64,000 bases of DNA from Antedon mediterranea (taxonomy: Eukaryota; Animalia; Echinodermata), in NCBI RefSeq assembly GCF_964355755.1, contig NC_092677.1, positions 6,284,101 through 6,348,100 of the forward strand. The letters run 5' to 3'. The translations under genes were made by a program, and so were the position numbers. Numbering within the stretch: position 1 is the first letter of the stretch; each line of letters begins with the position of its first letter. Shown here one piece after another: positions 14,701 to 26,055 of this stretch. The notes below the pieces were generated by a model that had not been told where the DNA came from, did no database searches, and worked only from the letters and a program-made list of their open reading frames with translations.

Positions 14701-16587
14701 GCCCTGGACTTGTTTTTGAGGTATATCCAGAAGCCATATCCACTCTTCCAGGATCCACTGCGTGGTCTATTATTTTTTATATCATGCTTATCACACTTGG
14801 CCTAGACAGTTCGGTAAGTTACCGTTTACCACAATTACAATTACTAACTAACTAACTATAATTGCACAACAAAATACGTTCGTCAGATTGAAAATGTGCC
14901 ACAAATCGAAACCTCTCAAACAATAAAGACCTGAATACAGTATTAAAAATAATTATATAGTTTGTAGACGTTTTTTATCCCCCCGTTTATGTCTTTATAT
15001 TTATGCCAATAACGAAATCAAAAACATAACCGAACGTAGACAAAAAGTGTAATATTGTATTTTAGAAATATTGATGATTATTAGGGCCTACAGACTGCGA
15101 CGAGAGGCACTTGTTGTCAATAAATGTTGTTATATATATAGTAGTTCTGAATGTGCACTGCAGCCTTTTCCTTTTTTTTAGTTTGGTGGTTTTGAATCAA
15201 TAGCCACTGGTCTCATAGATGCGTTTCCTAGGCGCCTAAAAAACAAACGGAAGCAACTTGTGTTAGTAATGTGCTGTGTCGTGTTTCTTGTCGGTCTCGC
15301 CAATGTTTCCTACGGAGGCTTGTATGTGCTGACATTAATGGATTCGTATGTCGCAGGAACATCATTGCTATTTGCAGTGTGCTGTGAAGCTATTGGGATA
15401 TCGTGGTTCTATGGTATTTAAAAAAAAATTAGAATAGAGCCTGGATGCTCTCTCATTTTACAATAAAACGAATAGTAATGGTGAAAGCATAGTACGCCGC
15501 ATTTTGCATCAATAGCAGTTACGGTACTACGAATACAAGTGTTTGGACCAGTTTCCAACACGAACTGTCATTCTCCATTAATAAAGAAGTCAGGTTACGG
15601 CTGATACAAAATGTGATACGTCATAACAGTTTGACGAGTAATTTTCATTTGTGTATGACAGTAGGCATGTGTTTACATTTCATATACATTTAGTTTTCCA
15701 GTCAAAACGAACGTTTTAGGATTTGAAAAACATTATTAATTTACTATCAATTATTATGTATTGTCTGGACATTATTTTTTCTGATTTTCTTCGGTTTATA
15801 AATGTATTAATTCTGTTAAATTAAAGGTGTTTACGTTCTGGCGCCAAATATCGAAGAAATGATTGGATCAAGACCTCAACTTTGGTGGCGCTTTCTTTGG
15901 AAATTCATCTCGCCTATATTTCTATTTGTAAGTTGTGTTAGCATAGTTTTAGCACCCAATACTTATTTATTTCTCATTGAGAGTAAATTCGTGTGTACAC
16001 GTGTTCATTTATTTCCACCTAGTTTAGGGCTAGGCTTAGCCCTCTCTATGAATTAAATTGATATTTATGTTTTTATGTCTCTTTAGGTGATTGTAATTTG
16101 TAGTATAATATACTACGAGCCAATCACATTAGAAGAATACGATTACCCTAAATGGGCTGATGCAATTGGTTGGTGTATGGCCCTATCATCGATGTCACTC
16201 ATTCCGACTTTTGTTGTCTACTCAGTAGTTACAGCAGACGCATCCACCTGGAAACAGGTAATATGCAAATAATTTCATTTTCTGTTTTTTTGAATGCGGT
16301 CATTCCGAAAAGGTGTAATGTAAGCATGTAAAATGTTTCTAAATTGTTTCTACAGAGGCTTGCGTTGGCAATATCACCAAGAAAAGAACACGCTAAAATA
16401 AAAAGTTCCGGAGAAGTAGTCAGATTTAAGGTTAGACAATCTTCCTCTCAGCCATCGTTTTCATCGATTATCGGTACATGTTTGCAATCATGTGTTAATT
16501 CCCAACCTTAAAAATAGTGTAATTAGGCCTATGTATATTTATATATTTCGTTTTCTCTTTTAGGTTAAGCATTGGGTAACTTTCTAA
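8408..16587 (+). CDS. SLC6A2-like: Na+/Cl- dependent monoamine transporter (SLC6, noradrenaline/dopamine/octopamine clade), 13 coding exons, 640 aa
   Basis: join(8408-8738,9663-9794,10397-10637,11835-11973,12696-12830,13671-13774,14168-14292,14701-14813,15182-15413,15827-15927,16087-16257,16356-16430,16564-16587) = 1923 nt. All introns are GT-AG and the phases are consistent. Motifs: [36 protein letters not shown] (TM1 with the monoamine-binding Asp), EL2 C-x8-[23 protein letters not shown]-terminal KHWVTF. Confidence 0.93.
9663..9794 (+). CDS. SLC6 exon 2 (TM2)
   Basis: ttgtag| [44 protein letters not shown] |gtaagt; 132 bp. Confidence 0.93.
10397..10637 (+). CDS. SLC6 exon 3 (TM3, EL2)
   Basis: ttacag| [23 protein letters not shown]...[15 protein letters not shown]...SAREFWE |gtaaag. 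Confidence 0.92.
11835..11973 (+). CDS. SLC6 exon 4
   Basis: ttacag| [21 protein letters not shown]...WKGVKTSGK |gtgggt; 139 bp. Confidence 0.92.
12696..12830 (+). CDS. SLC6 exon 5 (TM5)
   Basis: aacag| [26 protein letters not shown]...TAQ |gtaaaa; 135 bp. Confidence 0.93.
13671..13774 (+). CDS. SLC6 exon 6 (TM6)
   Basis: aag| [34 protein letters not shown] |gtaagt; 104 bp. Confidence 0.93.
13876..13939 (-). mobile_element. tRNA-derived SINE head (same family as 55675)
   Basis: Reverse complement agctgtagcttggtagtt...tttcaatcctgacc matches 55676-55738. Confidence 0.6.
14168..14292 (+). CDS. SLC6 exon 7 (TM7)
   Basis: ccacag| [27 protein letters not shown]...DVATD |gtaagt; 125 bp. Confidence 0.93.
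14701..14813 (+). CDS. SLC6 exon 8 (TM8)
   Basis: ttttaag| [19 protein letters not shown]...[10 protein letters not shown] |gtaagt; 113 bp. Confidence 0.93.
15182..15413 (+). CDS. SLC6 exon 9 (TM9-TM10)
   Basis: ttttag| [16 protein letters not shown]...[33 protein letters not shown] |gtattt; 232 bp. Confidence 0.92.
15827..15927 (+). CDS. SLC6 exon 10 (TM11)
   Basis: ttaaag| [34 protein letters not shown] |gtaagt; 101 bp. Confidence 0.92.
16087..16257 (+). CDS. SLC6 exon 11 (TM12)
   Basis: ctttag| VIVICS...[19 protein letters not shown]...WKQ |gtaata. Confidence 0.92.
16356..16430 (+). CDS. SLC6 exon 12
   Basis: ctacag| [25 protein letters not shown] |gttaga. Confidence 0.88.
16564..16587 (+). 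CDS. SLC6 exon 13 (terminal)
   Basis: ttttag| VKHWVTF*; resembles the LxHWLxx C-termini of DAT/NET. Confidence 0.88.
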   Translation, partial: VKHWVTF

Positions 16588-16875
16588 GAATTCGAATACT
16601 GAGGATTCGTTATTATAGTGAAAACAAACTACGAAAATGGGAATTTGTTTTATGCAAACACAGCCTTCTCTGAGAGAATATATCGTATCACAGCTTCGAC
16701 GTTCTTTTCTTCTACATTTTTAATCTTTTTACGTTACTGAATTATAGCGTATGCATTCACTGTATATTACTGTATATTATATATATATATTATAAAGCTA
16801 TGTAATGTAGAGGTAAGTTTTAACGTCATCTTACTCAACATATAACAATTTGTTAATACTTTGTATAAGGTCCAT

Positions 16876-17284
16876 CAAAGAACTTGTAACACAAGAATCT
16901 CCTGTTCGTCCGAAGCGCGTAACAATTTCGAAAGGCATTGTGGGATAGAATAGAGCTATGGGTAGCGCCATTGTGAGCCATGGAGTAGGGCGCCCGCATC
17001 AAATTAGAAAGTCAAAATCATAGAGGGGATCTGCTAATGCTCTAGGGGGGATAGAGTAATTGACTGAGGAGTAGGGCGCCCGCATCAAATTAGAAAGTCA
17101 AAATCATAGAGGGGATCTGCTAATACTCTAGGGGGGTAGAGTAATTGACTTCCTAGTTTGGAGGGGGCGCTGCTCCATGCTGTGAAATGGCGTCGCCCAG
17201 TTTGACCTTTTAACCCCGTACTTCCGATATTGTGTTTTGAATGCAAATTGAAGAACAGGAGATTCTTGTGTTATAAGTTCTTTG
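16876..17284. mobile_element. P-superfamily-like MITE
   Basis: 32-bp TIR caaagaactt(g/a)taacacaagaatctcctgttc (CANRG terminus); 7-bp TSD GGTCCAT; internal ~86-bp direct duplication. Confidence 0.8.
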
Positions 17285-17423
17285 GGTCCATCCATTTATT
17301 TTATTTTAGTATTTTAATTAATCATGGGATCCGCAAGAGCATTTTAAGAATAATCGAGACCATCAACAATTGAGTGTACGCCTACAATTAAAATATATTT
17401 ATACATATTTTTGGGAACATTAA

Positions 17424-19004
17424 AGGGGGATTCTGGGTTTAAAATTGCTTTTAAATATCGTTTATTTATTAAATAAAAAATATTATAACAATATAGACAT
17501 TTCAGAATGAAGAAGTAATAACGAGAAATTAAAAAAATTAAATTTCATATACATTTTAGGGTAAATTCATGGAAAGTCTGTTTTTTAGCAGCTTAGGGAA
17601 GCTCATTAATATTCATGAGATATTCACAAAATCACGTCACCAGTGGATTCCAAACTCGCGACGTCATGTACGTTGTGTTTGTCAACTAATTTACATCTCT
17701 CTCCCCTGTCAAACGACGACCACCATTGTGATCATTGTGAAATACATTTTTTTGTAGATTTTCTAAGCTAGGCCTAAAGTGTAATAATAACAGTAGTAGC
17801 ATATATTTATTTGACATTTAATGAAATACAAAATTTAGTACAGATACGGAGTCATAAATTATACTATTTTTATACCTCTATAGTACAGATCGTATTATCG
17901 GCTTCACGTACAATACTACTCTAGGCCTAGCCTAATAATAATATGGGCGAGAGCCATTCTGACTAGGGATTCCATGCCACGATGGCTACGTTAAAACAAT
18001 GGGGCCCATGGGCCTAGCTAGCCTACTACTAGACGATTGGCCCATAAATAACAAAACCCATCCTATCAACCAAACTCCTAAACAATCTAAACCTAAAACA
18101 TTCTACAAAATCGGCTGTAAATATTGAAGCAAAACAAGGTCCGATCGCCGTCCACACGTATGGTGTCCCGATCGTCTAAGTAGGCCTAAAATAAATAGGT
18201 TTAGTTTACTCTCCAAAAAAGCGGATACTCGCTCATGCATCAAGCAAGTAGACCAGGTAGTAGGAAGGAGACCTAGCCGATCCGGCCCAGTTAAAATTTG
18301 AGCTAGCTAGTGTAGTAGACCCTATGCGAATTGATACTACCAGGCCTTTTACTATAGGCTGCACTACACAAATATTCCAACTCTCTCATTCGAGCTATAT
18401 TATCTATACCATTCCGGTAGGTCGAGTCGACCTTCAATCAAATACTGTACATCGTTCATGTTGTGATTATAGACGGGGTATACTCGACCCGACCAGTTTG
18501 GTATTGTTGTATCTGCTTATCACGTGACGATGCCAGGCATGGGCAGCAGAGAGAGCACGTGTATCGTCGTCTCGCTCGATCCTCAGCAGGAATGTACATT
18601 ATACGTTACGCTTCATTGATTTTGATTTTTTCCTAAGTCGGTGCGAAAATCGGCAAACGTAAAGTGCAAACATATCTAATTTTTCACTGTTTTGATGAAT
18701 TTTCATAAAAAATTGACTTTATAAATGGGAAGACCGACTAAAATTACATCAGATAAGTATAATTTTACAAAAGTAATTGATATGGTTTATGATAACGAGT
18801 CGTCGGAAGATGGACCATTTCACGAATTTCCTATTTTGTAACCACAGTGTGATTTTGCCGTAGCTGCACTTGTAATCTGGCCTGATTTCACAGCCTTCGT
18901 TCTGCTTCACTGGGCGCTTATATAAATTGAAACTTTTACCGTTCAAGAGACAAACAAATATATTTTACATTTTTTACTATTCATTTTAAACCCGGAACCC
19001 CCCT
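17424..19004. mobile_element. Non-autonomous Kolobok-like DNA transposon (~1.6 kb)
   Basis: TIR aggggg(a/g)ttc(t/c)gggtttaaaat; TTAA on both flanks; purine-purine terminus; no transposase ORF seen. Confidence 0.75.
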
Positions 19005-20416
19005 TTAATAGTGTCAGATTTTATTTGCTTATAGGCCTAATATCCTTTATTCCAAATGATGTACCAGTTATGAAACCTTTTTCATACTAATATTGAAATA
19101 CTGCGTGTACTAATGTGTTATGGTTTTTGCTCACCTCTAAAGGAAATCACAGCAGTTTTCTCAAAATATTTTATTATGTTTAGCGAAAAATCACACTTTA
19201 CTCACTTTATGACACTCACCAAAATAAAATTATGTGTAAATTAGTACCGTATACTTTAGAGTATTTTCTTCCTAAGATCATGTTTAAAAAACACATAAAT
19301 TGTCACATCAGTCGATTTATACTTTTGGCCCACCTTGATTGGTTCTGACCAGCCTACTGTGCGTCGTGAGCGAGGACAGTAGTACCGCATTTGCAGTACA
19401 ATTTCATTTTTTTTCTATAATTTGTAGTAATGATTGCATGGGTCTAGGAGAGACATCAGACAGGTATCATGAGCTCGGGGAATCAAAGTTTACTTATGAT
19501 AAATTACCGGAAGAAACGGGCATCTGTAATTTGTTTATGTAATATAGCTTGTATTATGATTAGTGTAATAATTGATATACTATTAATAAATGTGCTTATA
19601 TGTACGTCAAAATGTCAAAAGACTACAGTTTGTGTATGGTTTTTTTGCAAACCTTTGTATATTGATTTGTTCGATCTAATGACCTATATCACTTTATATC
19701 GTGATACTCGATATATATCGTTTACAAACATTCGTAATTATCACGTGTATAACACAATGTTTGTTTCATTATCTTGTCCCAAACAGCACTCCATAGTTTG
19801 TAAAAGATTTTTGAACTATCATCGTGTTGATTCTACAAATAAGATTTCCGCGTAAAAACAAATTTGTTTTCTTTTATTAATTATCGAAAATAAAATTATG
19901 TTTTGTGAAATTGATCCTGAATATACAGTACATACATACCTTTTGTGCTTATGACGTACAAAATTGTACATACCGCCCTCATGATGATGGTACGCTCTAC
20001 AAGAAGATCGGAACGACAAAGTAGCTGCTATGGTGAGTACCTGCTGCTGTTTACTTTGTGATAAAAAGACACTCTATCGGTAAGTAAACAATGATTTCGA
20101 TCGATAATCAAAGACTTTAGAGCAGTGTTGATATGACCTTTTAATTTGAAAATTGTACCTAAAATATACTCATTTCTGGCGCCAGCTCACAGCCTCTTAC
20201 TTAACTGTAAAATGAATATAATGTCTGTGTGAGATTGGGGACTGCTCCGCAGCTATCCAATATTGATAAATGCCTCCAATGTATTGGCCGTGTGAAACAA
20301 ACAACTAATTTAAATGGAAATGACTGTAATCGATGTGTGTTGGAACAACCCGAAATTAGGCCTAATGTAGCTGGCTACATTGGCTTACTACTGCTTTATA
20401 GGCTAGTAGGCATAGG

Positions 20417-20756
20417 CCCGGGAGCGATTTTTTTTTCGTACATAAGTTGGGGACCCCATGTGAAAGATAGCCGAACTACTTCCTAAATATAACCCTCCAA
20501 ATAATCTCTCTCTCACTATAAAGTAAAAGAAGTAGCTCATGGGAGTCGAACCCGATACATCGACATGTAAAGTCCATAGTCTTATCCACTCGACTACACA
20601 GACGGCTCGACAGAAATCGTTTGCATTAGCGAATTGTAGTTAGTTGAATTCCTACGTCACACCTTATGGATATGATTAATGAATATTCATGTTTATTTTG
20701 TGACGTTTCACGAGGGGTCCCCAACTTATGTACGAAAAGAAATATCGCGGTCCGGG
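20417..20756. mobile_element. TIR element (~48-bp TIRs, CCCGG termini) carrying a tRNA-like segment
   Basis: ttcgtacataagttggggacccc / ggggtccccaacttatgtacgaa; minus-strand A/B boxes at 20533-20603. Confidence 0.7.
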
Positions 20757-21258
20757 AGTAGGCCTAGCTGTGAAAATGATTTTCTGCATGCAACGCATTA
20801 ATCCCCGAATAAATCACATAACTGACCGAACCGGGACAATGCAGCACAATTCTGGCCGAAACGTCAAACTTCTATTCTATACAAAACCATACTGATTGAT
20901 AATATACATTTCTGTGGTATTTGAACCCTTTTAATAACATATTTTTACTGATGTTTCCAATGTTGATATATAATAAATTACTAACAAACGTAATAATATG
21001 CACTTATTATTTCGAAAATTTAATTCATGAATTCCTCGACACAAGACGTCATTTGTTTACATCGTTTGTGTGGCATAACAAATTCGGTGATTTTTTAGGC
21101 CATAAATAAAGACAAGTAAGATTTGTTATAGTTTTTGCATCGCTTTATTATCGATATCCCTAATACCACAGTCTCTCTGAAAACAAAACAATATTAAACG
21201 TTATCGATGAATGTATTATTAGGCCTATGTTTATAATATGCATAAGTTGACAATATAA

Positions 21259-21384
21259 TGGGGCCGAATCGTCTCTGGCCCGAATTGTAGTCTCTGGCCC
21301 GAATTGTAGTCTCTGGCCCGAATCGTCTCTGGCCCGAATCATCCCGGGTCGTACTGTCACTCTAGGCAGAATCGTCCGCTACCG
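21259..21384. repeat. 16-19-bp tandem array tctctggcccgaat(cg/tgtag), probable transposon subterminal fragment
   Basis: About 5 units here and 3-4 units in the other duplication units. Confidence 0.6.
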
Positions 21385-21809
21385 TGCCAATTGACATCTT
21401 TGGCTAAGAAGTGAACATGTTGTTGATATCAAACTATAATACAACTGAACTCAAATTATTAAATAGAAACCCACAATGTGAACATGTCACAATAATTTAA
21501 TTTCACTATAATCATGTTTTTACATTTCACCATAATAATGTTTTCACATAGGCCTACAGATTGCAGTACAGTAACAGCAATTATTTGTAAGTGTATTATA
21601 CTTATAGCAAATCGATTGTTGATTTTTGGTTTAAATTAGATTAATAATCTTTATTATTTCTAGTTTAATATTGAATGTCTACTTAAATACCTATCCTTTT
21701 GTTAAGGTACTTATATGTGCCATTCCTCTAAGGAGTCAGTTAAAGAATGTTGGTGACTATATACTTCGTTTATGTCCATCTCACATGCACACTTAGGCTA
21801 GGCTAGGCT

Positions 21810-22703
21810 TTATGTAGATTCAGTTGATTGTAATCTAAGGGCGTACATTTTGTTGTAATATGGAAGAGCAGTGTCTATACATGTGTTAATATCATCGTCG
21901 AGTTCCGATCGGTTTGGCTCTGGTTTGGAAGTGTGGAAGTTTGAACTGGCAAATGCTTCTTTGAATAAGTCTGCCTTTTTGTTTCCTTTCACTGTAATTG
22001 TCGATGACTTCCAGGCCTGGGCTACTTCATCGCCCGGTTGCCAATTTAAGAGTTTATCGCTATACTTAATTCCAATACGCTCACAGAACTGCTTCATAGT
22101 TGACTTTGGGTTTGCAAGCAGATCGTCGGAATCTATGATCACTGGGTTTTGTTCAATGTTGTTTTTAACTAAATGCTCGTAAAGTTGAAAACTTTCTCCA
22201 AATCCGTAATGTTCTGGAATCCATTCGGTAATATCAAGTTCAAATTCTCTGTCTCTTTCTTTTAAAAATCTGCTTAGCATGGCTTTCCACGAGACAAACG
22301 TCTTGACGGGGTTTCGAATTAGAAACGCATGACGGTAACCCATAGGTAACATATCAAGTTTACCTGTAATAGCAAATGCCATGTCTTTAACGAAAATCAC
22401 CTTCTTTTCGGTGTATTCTGCCTCCATTACATCTTCTTTAATAAATGTATATGTTGCCGTTTCATACTTCCAGCCTGCTTGGTAATCCATCTGAACTGCA
22501 TCTATTGTTTTAATAAACTTATCATTGTCTCTCTCTACTTGGTCGTTGAAATGTATTTGCTTATCTGGTCCATAAAAATATACACTGGTGTAAGGCTCAT
22601 TGATGATTTGAACATCATCTAGATTACTCATAGACTTTGTGAATGCAGTAGAAACTGTACGAGGGATACTCCAAAGAATTACACGAACCTGCTTGTCAGA
22701 CAT
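21810..22703 (-). CDS. Sulfotransferase-like P-loop protein (Sulfotransfer_5 / BCAT-like N-terminal domain family), copy 1
   Basis: Intact 297-aa single-exon ORF. N-terminal WSIPRTVSTAF (5'-phosphosulfate-binding loop-like), NEPY, FVKDM, FLIRNPxKxxxSW (3'-phosphate-binding-like), IIDSDDLLxNP, L-x-W. Confidence 0.85.
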   Translation of the reverse strand: MSDKQVRVILWSIPRTVSTAFTKSMSNLDDVQIINEPYTSVYFYGPDKQIHFNDQVERDNDKFIKTIDAVQMDYQAGWKYETATYTFIKEDVMEAEYTEKKVIFVKDMAFAITGKLDMLPMGYRHAFLIRNPVKTFVSWKAMLSRFLKERDREFELDITEWIPEHYGFGESFQLYEHLVKNNIEQNPVIIDSDDLLANPKSTMKQFCERIGIKYSDKLLNWQPGDEVAQAWKSSTITVKGNKKADLFKEAFASSNFHTSKPEPNRSELDDDINTCIDTALPYYNKMYALRLQSTEST

Positions 22704-23020
22704 TGTTTCAATTGTGAAACGTGTTAGTTGAAAAGAAGAATAATTAATTTATCCTCAGACGTTCTGCAACCTGTTTTGTATTCCCTATAAAGATAATAAA
22801 ATTAGTATAGTCATCGAGGATGAGGAAAATATACATCGTTGTTACACGGACGGTATCAACAGATATGGCGTACCGGTAACGCATGCGCGTAGTTTCGGAA
22901 AGCAAAGAACCGCTCGTTCTACTGTACCAATGAAGCATACACGTAGAAGTTGATGGTAATTTAAGCAGTTTGCAGCTCCGAAAGTGTCAACTAAACAAAT
23001 CTAGGCTAGGAATAAATTAT

Positions 23021-23712
23021 GAGAGCTTACCTTGATTGATTATTAGTTAAATACACCAATGTGGCAGATACAATAATGGCTTGTAAAGTTTTGCTTGTAG
23101 TTATATCGAGTTATATCCACTAGGACCCAGTTATTAGAGCTTACCTTGATTGGTTGCTAGTTAAAAATACTAAAATGGCTTTTAAGTTTTGCTTGTAGTT
23201 ATATCCACTAGGCCTCGGTTATCGGAGCTTACCTTGATTAGTTACTAGGTAAATACACCAATGTTGCAGATACTATAATAGCTGTTAAGTTTTGTTTGTA
23301 GTTATATTCCGTAGGCCCCAGTTATCAGAGCTTACCTTGATTGGTTACTAGTTAATTACACCAATGTTGCAGATACAATAATGGCTTTTAAGTTTTGTTT
23401 GTAGTTATATCCACTAGGCCCCAGTTATCAGAGCTTACCTTGATTTGTTACTAGGTAAATACACCAACGTTGCAGATACAAAAATGGCTTTTAAGTTTTG
23501 TTTGTAGTTATATCCACTAGGCCCCAGTTATCAGAGCTTACCTTGATTGGCTACTAGTTAATTACACCAATGTTGCAGATACAATAATGGATTTTAAGTT
23601 TTGTTTGTAGTTATATCCACTAGGCCCCGGTTATCAGAGCTTACCTTGATTGGTTATTAGTTAAATGTGGCAAATACTATAATGGCTTTTAAGTTTCCAG
23701 AGCTTACCTCGT
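23021..23712. repeat. 103-bp minisatellite, ~7 units (unit 1)
   Basis: CTTACC anchors at 23026, 23140, 23228, 23331, 23434, 23537, 23640 and terminal 23703. Confidence 0.95.
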
Positions 23713-24604
23713 GGAAGAACAAATTTTGTTTTGAACGAGCCTCCGTTTTAAAATAAAGATTCTATTATTATTATTGTATGTATGTGGCAGATACTATAAT
23801 GGCTTTTGTTGTGCTTGTATGTTAGTTATATCCCGTCAGTGACAGCCCTTTAGATACAATAAGTGTTATCTTTGCCTTTATTGAATAAAATATCTCAACC
23901 ACGAGAGTCGTGTCGTAGAAAATAAACACAAATGGTACACATCAGATTACTGTTGTAACTGTGATTACATTCAACTTTGGCTTTTGTGTATTTTGTTGTA
24001 GTCCAGAGATATTATGGTTCACTATGTAATTTTATGAAAATGAAATGAAAAATGTATTAATGAATTGATGAAAAAACACCAGACATTATAGATTAAAGTT
24101 AAATAGTCTACACTATCAAACGTTATGTGATGTGCCCATATATGGACACGATGATGTCATATCACTATTATATTTGAGCATATCACTGCCATATTTGGGC
24201 ACATCACACACAAACTAGTTTGATAGGCCTATACAACAAAATGTTTCTAATCTTCAAATCAAATAAAAATTGTTTATTTGAAACAATCAAAAATCAATAA
24301 AAGAAAGGGGCAATATTTAGAGATGTAAAGGAAACACGTTACCAACTCAAGATAGATAGATTGTGTACAACTAACTATTAGTTGTATAAACGTAATCTTA
24401 ACTATCTATTTAAAATTTAACCACTATATTTTTTTTGTCCACACATAATTATAATCGATTAAGCGCCCCATTCAAAATTGACCCGCATACACAATTACAC
24501 ACATACATTTACGTTATTATGCCTACAACAGCAACTTGTACTGTGTATCTGTACTAAGATTAAGTTGATAATAAAACTATATTATTACCAAGATCTTAAT
24601 TCAA

Positions 24605-24795
24605 TCTTTGATTTTGGTTCGTTCGTTCCAAAAAGAGAACTTAAATTTAATATATATTATTTATGAAGGTATATCTTTGATTTTGTTTCGTTCGTTCCAA
24701 AAAGAAAACTTAAATTTAATATATATAATTATGAAGGTACTATATATCTTTGATTTTGTTTCGTCCGTTCTAAAAGGAGAATTTAAATTTAATTT
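24605..24795. repeat. ~63-bp tandem repeat (3 units in duplication units 1 and 4; 4 units in units 2 and 3)
   Basis: tctttgattttg(g/t)ttcgttcgttccaaaaagagaacttaaatttaatatata...gaaggtata repeated. Confidence 0.85.
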
Positions 24796-24798
24796 TTA

Positions 24799-25255
24799 AT
24801 AGACGTTTTAGTAGATGTAAAGAAAAGGTTAAATGTAATTTGTTCAGGTCGTTTGGTACTAATCTGTACTGTTGTATGTTATGGTCTGACCACACTGTTC
24901 AGAATATTAAATCTTTGGAGGTGTGCTACAACAACTCATTGAGAATGTTGCTAGGCTTATCTAAGCACTGTAGTGCTAGTAATTATGTTTGCCACGAGGA
25001 GAATTCCCTCTTTCTAAGAGCATGTACGCAAGTGTGTCTATGGCTTTAGATTAAGAATTGTGAATAGTGAAAACGATCTGGTTAGGTGTAGGCCACCACG
25101 AACTATTTGTTCCGATATTCAAATCTCTACACCAAGTAAGGAAAACTCCTATTTTAGTTTGATTTTTCGGTTTTCTATTATTTGTTGTTGTATATATAGT
25201 ATGTATGGAATATTTATTCTGAAATAAAGTGATCAAATCAAATCATATCAAATTC
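24799..25255 (+). mobile_element. 5'-truncated LINE 3' end (CR1/L2 group); copies at ~31879, ~38227, ~43608
   Basis: Translates RRFSRC...LFRSFGTNLYCCMLW...LEVCYNNSLRMLLGLSKHCSAS (typical ORF2 C-terminus), then AATAAA and a (CAAAT)n tail. Confidence 0.7.
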
Positions 25256-25596
25256 ATATAATTATAAAGGTAGACTTAAACTCAGCCGGTAGTTTGTTGT
25301 ATATAATATGAACAATAAGAATGTTTCACTACACTCTAAACCACATTTAGAGTGTAGCGCATATTAAAAATACACTGTTTGAAACATTGTGGTCTTCAAT
25401 TGCTCAATTTAATGTTTCATTTAGAAGGTGCTAGAATATTGGAACAGTCTACTATAGTTTATAGCAAAATTAGCCTCAAAGAAACGTTACCTAGAACAAA
25501 CATGATTATTTTTTATATTGAAACACGCTTAAGATGAATAACATTATACCAACGTTTAATATCGGTCTAATACGTCTCTGCTCTACATAAACAAAG

Positions 25597-26055
25597 ATAG
25601 CGAAAAATGGTAAAGATCGGATGGTTGCTTTGGTGCAGTCCACGTAGTACATGGATCCCAGCAAAATATGGATTAGCAGAACGTTTAGAATACCACCATT
25701 TAATTTCATTTGGTATTGAACAAGGCCATATACATGGCTGCAGTCACGTGCTCAAGTTAGTGTTTACCGACCAACCAACCGACCGACCGACATAGTGAGT
25801 TCTAGAGTTACGTTGCACGCGACTAAAAAGACCCGAAAATTTTAGATGCTGATGATCTTCTTGCAAATCCTAAATCAATTCTGAAACATTTGTGAACGCA
25901 CGCGAATAGGATACACCGATGAGGTTGTACAGACGTGGAGTCATCTAAGATGCTCATGAAAGAATATAAAGCGTGTGTACATTACTTTACTCTTCCCTGA
26001 TATTACAAAACTGAATTCTTAAGTACAGTTTTCTTCACTGTAAAACCCGAACCCA
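25597..26055 (+). pseudogene. Degraded copy of sulfotransferase-like gene 5
   Basis: Aligns to 45690-46480. ATG>ATA; LLWCSPRST fused to WIPAKYG by an internal deletion; TE insertion; then DADDLLANPKSILK with frameshifts. Confidence 0.85.
25719..25829 (-). mobile_element. Helentron-associated (HINE/DINE-like) short element inserted in the pseudogene; copies 32791-32901, 39141-39251, 44530-44640, 53928-54020, 54846-54934
   Basis: Minus strand: 5' agtcgcgtg palindrome, (GTCG/GTTG)n microsatellite, subterminal inverted repeat, 3' hairpin gccat-gtat-atggc; T-rich target. Confidence 0.7.

Noticed and set aside
21871-22182. 103-aa + strand ORF repeated in all four units
   Set aside because: Antisense shadow of the sulfotransferase-like CDS with a non-ATG start; its conservation is explained by recent duplication.
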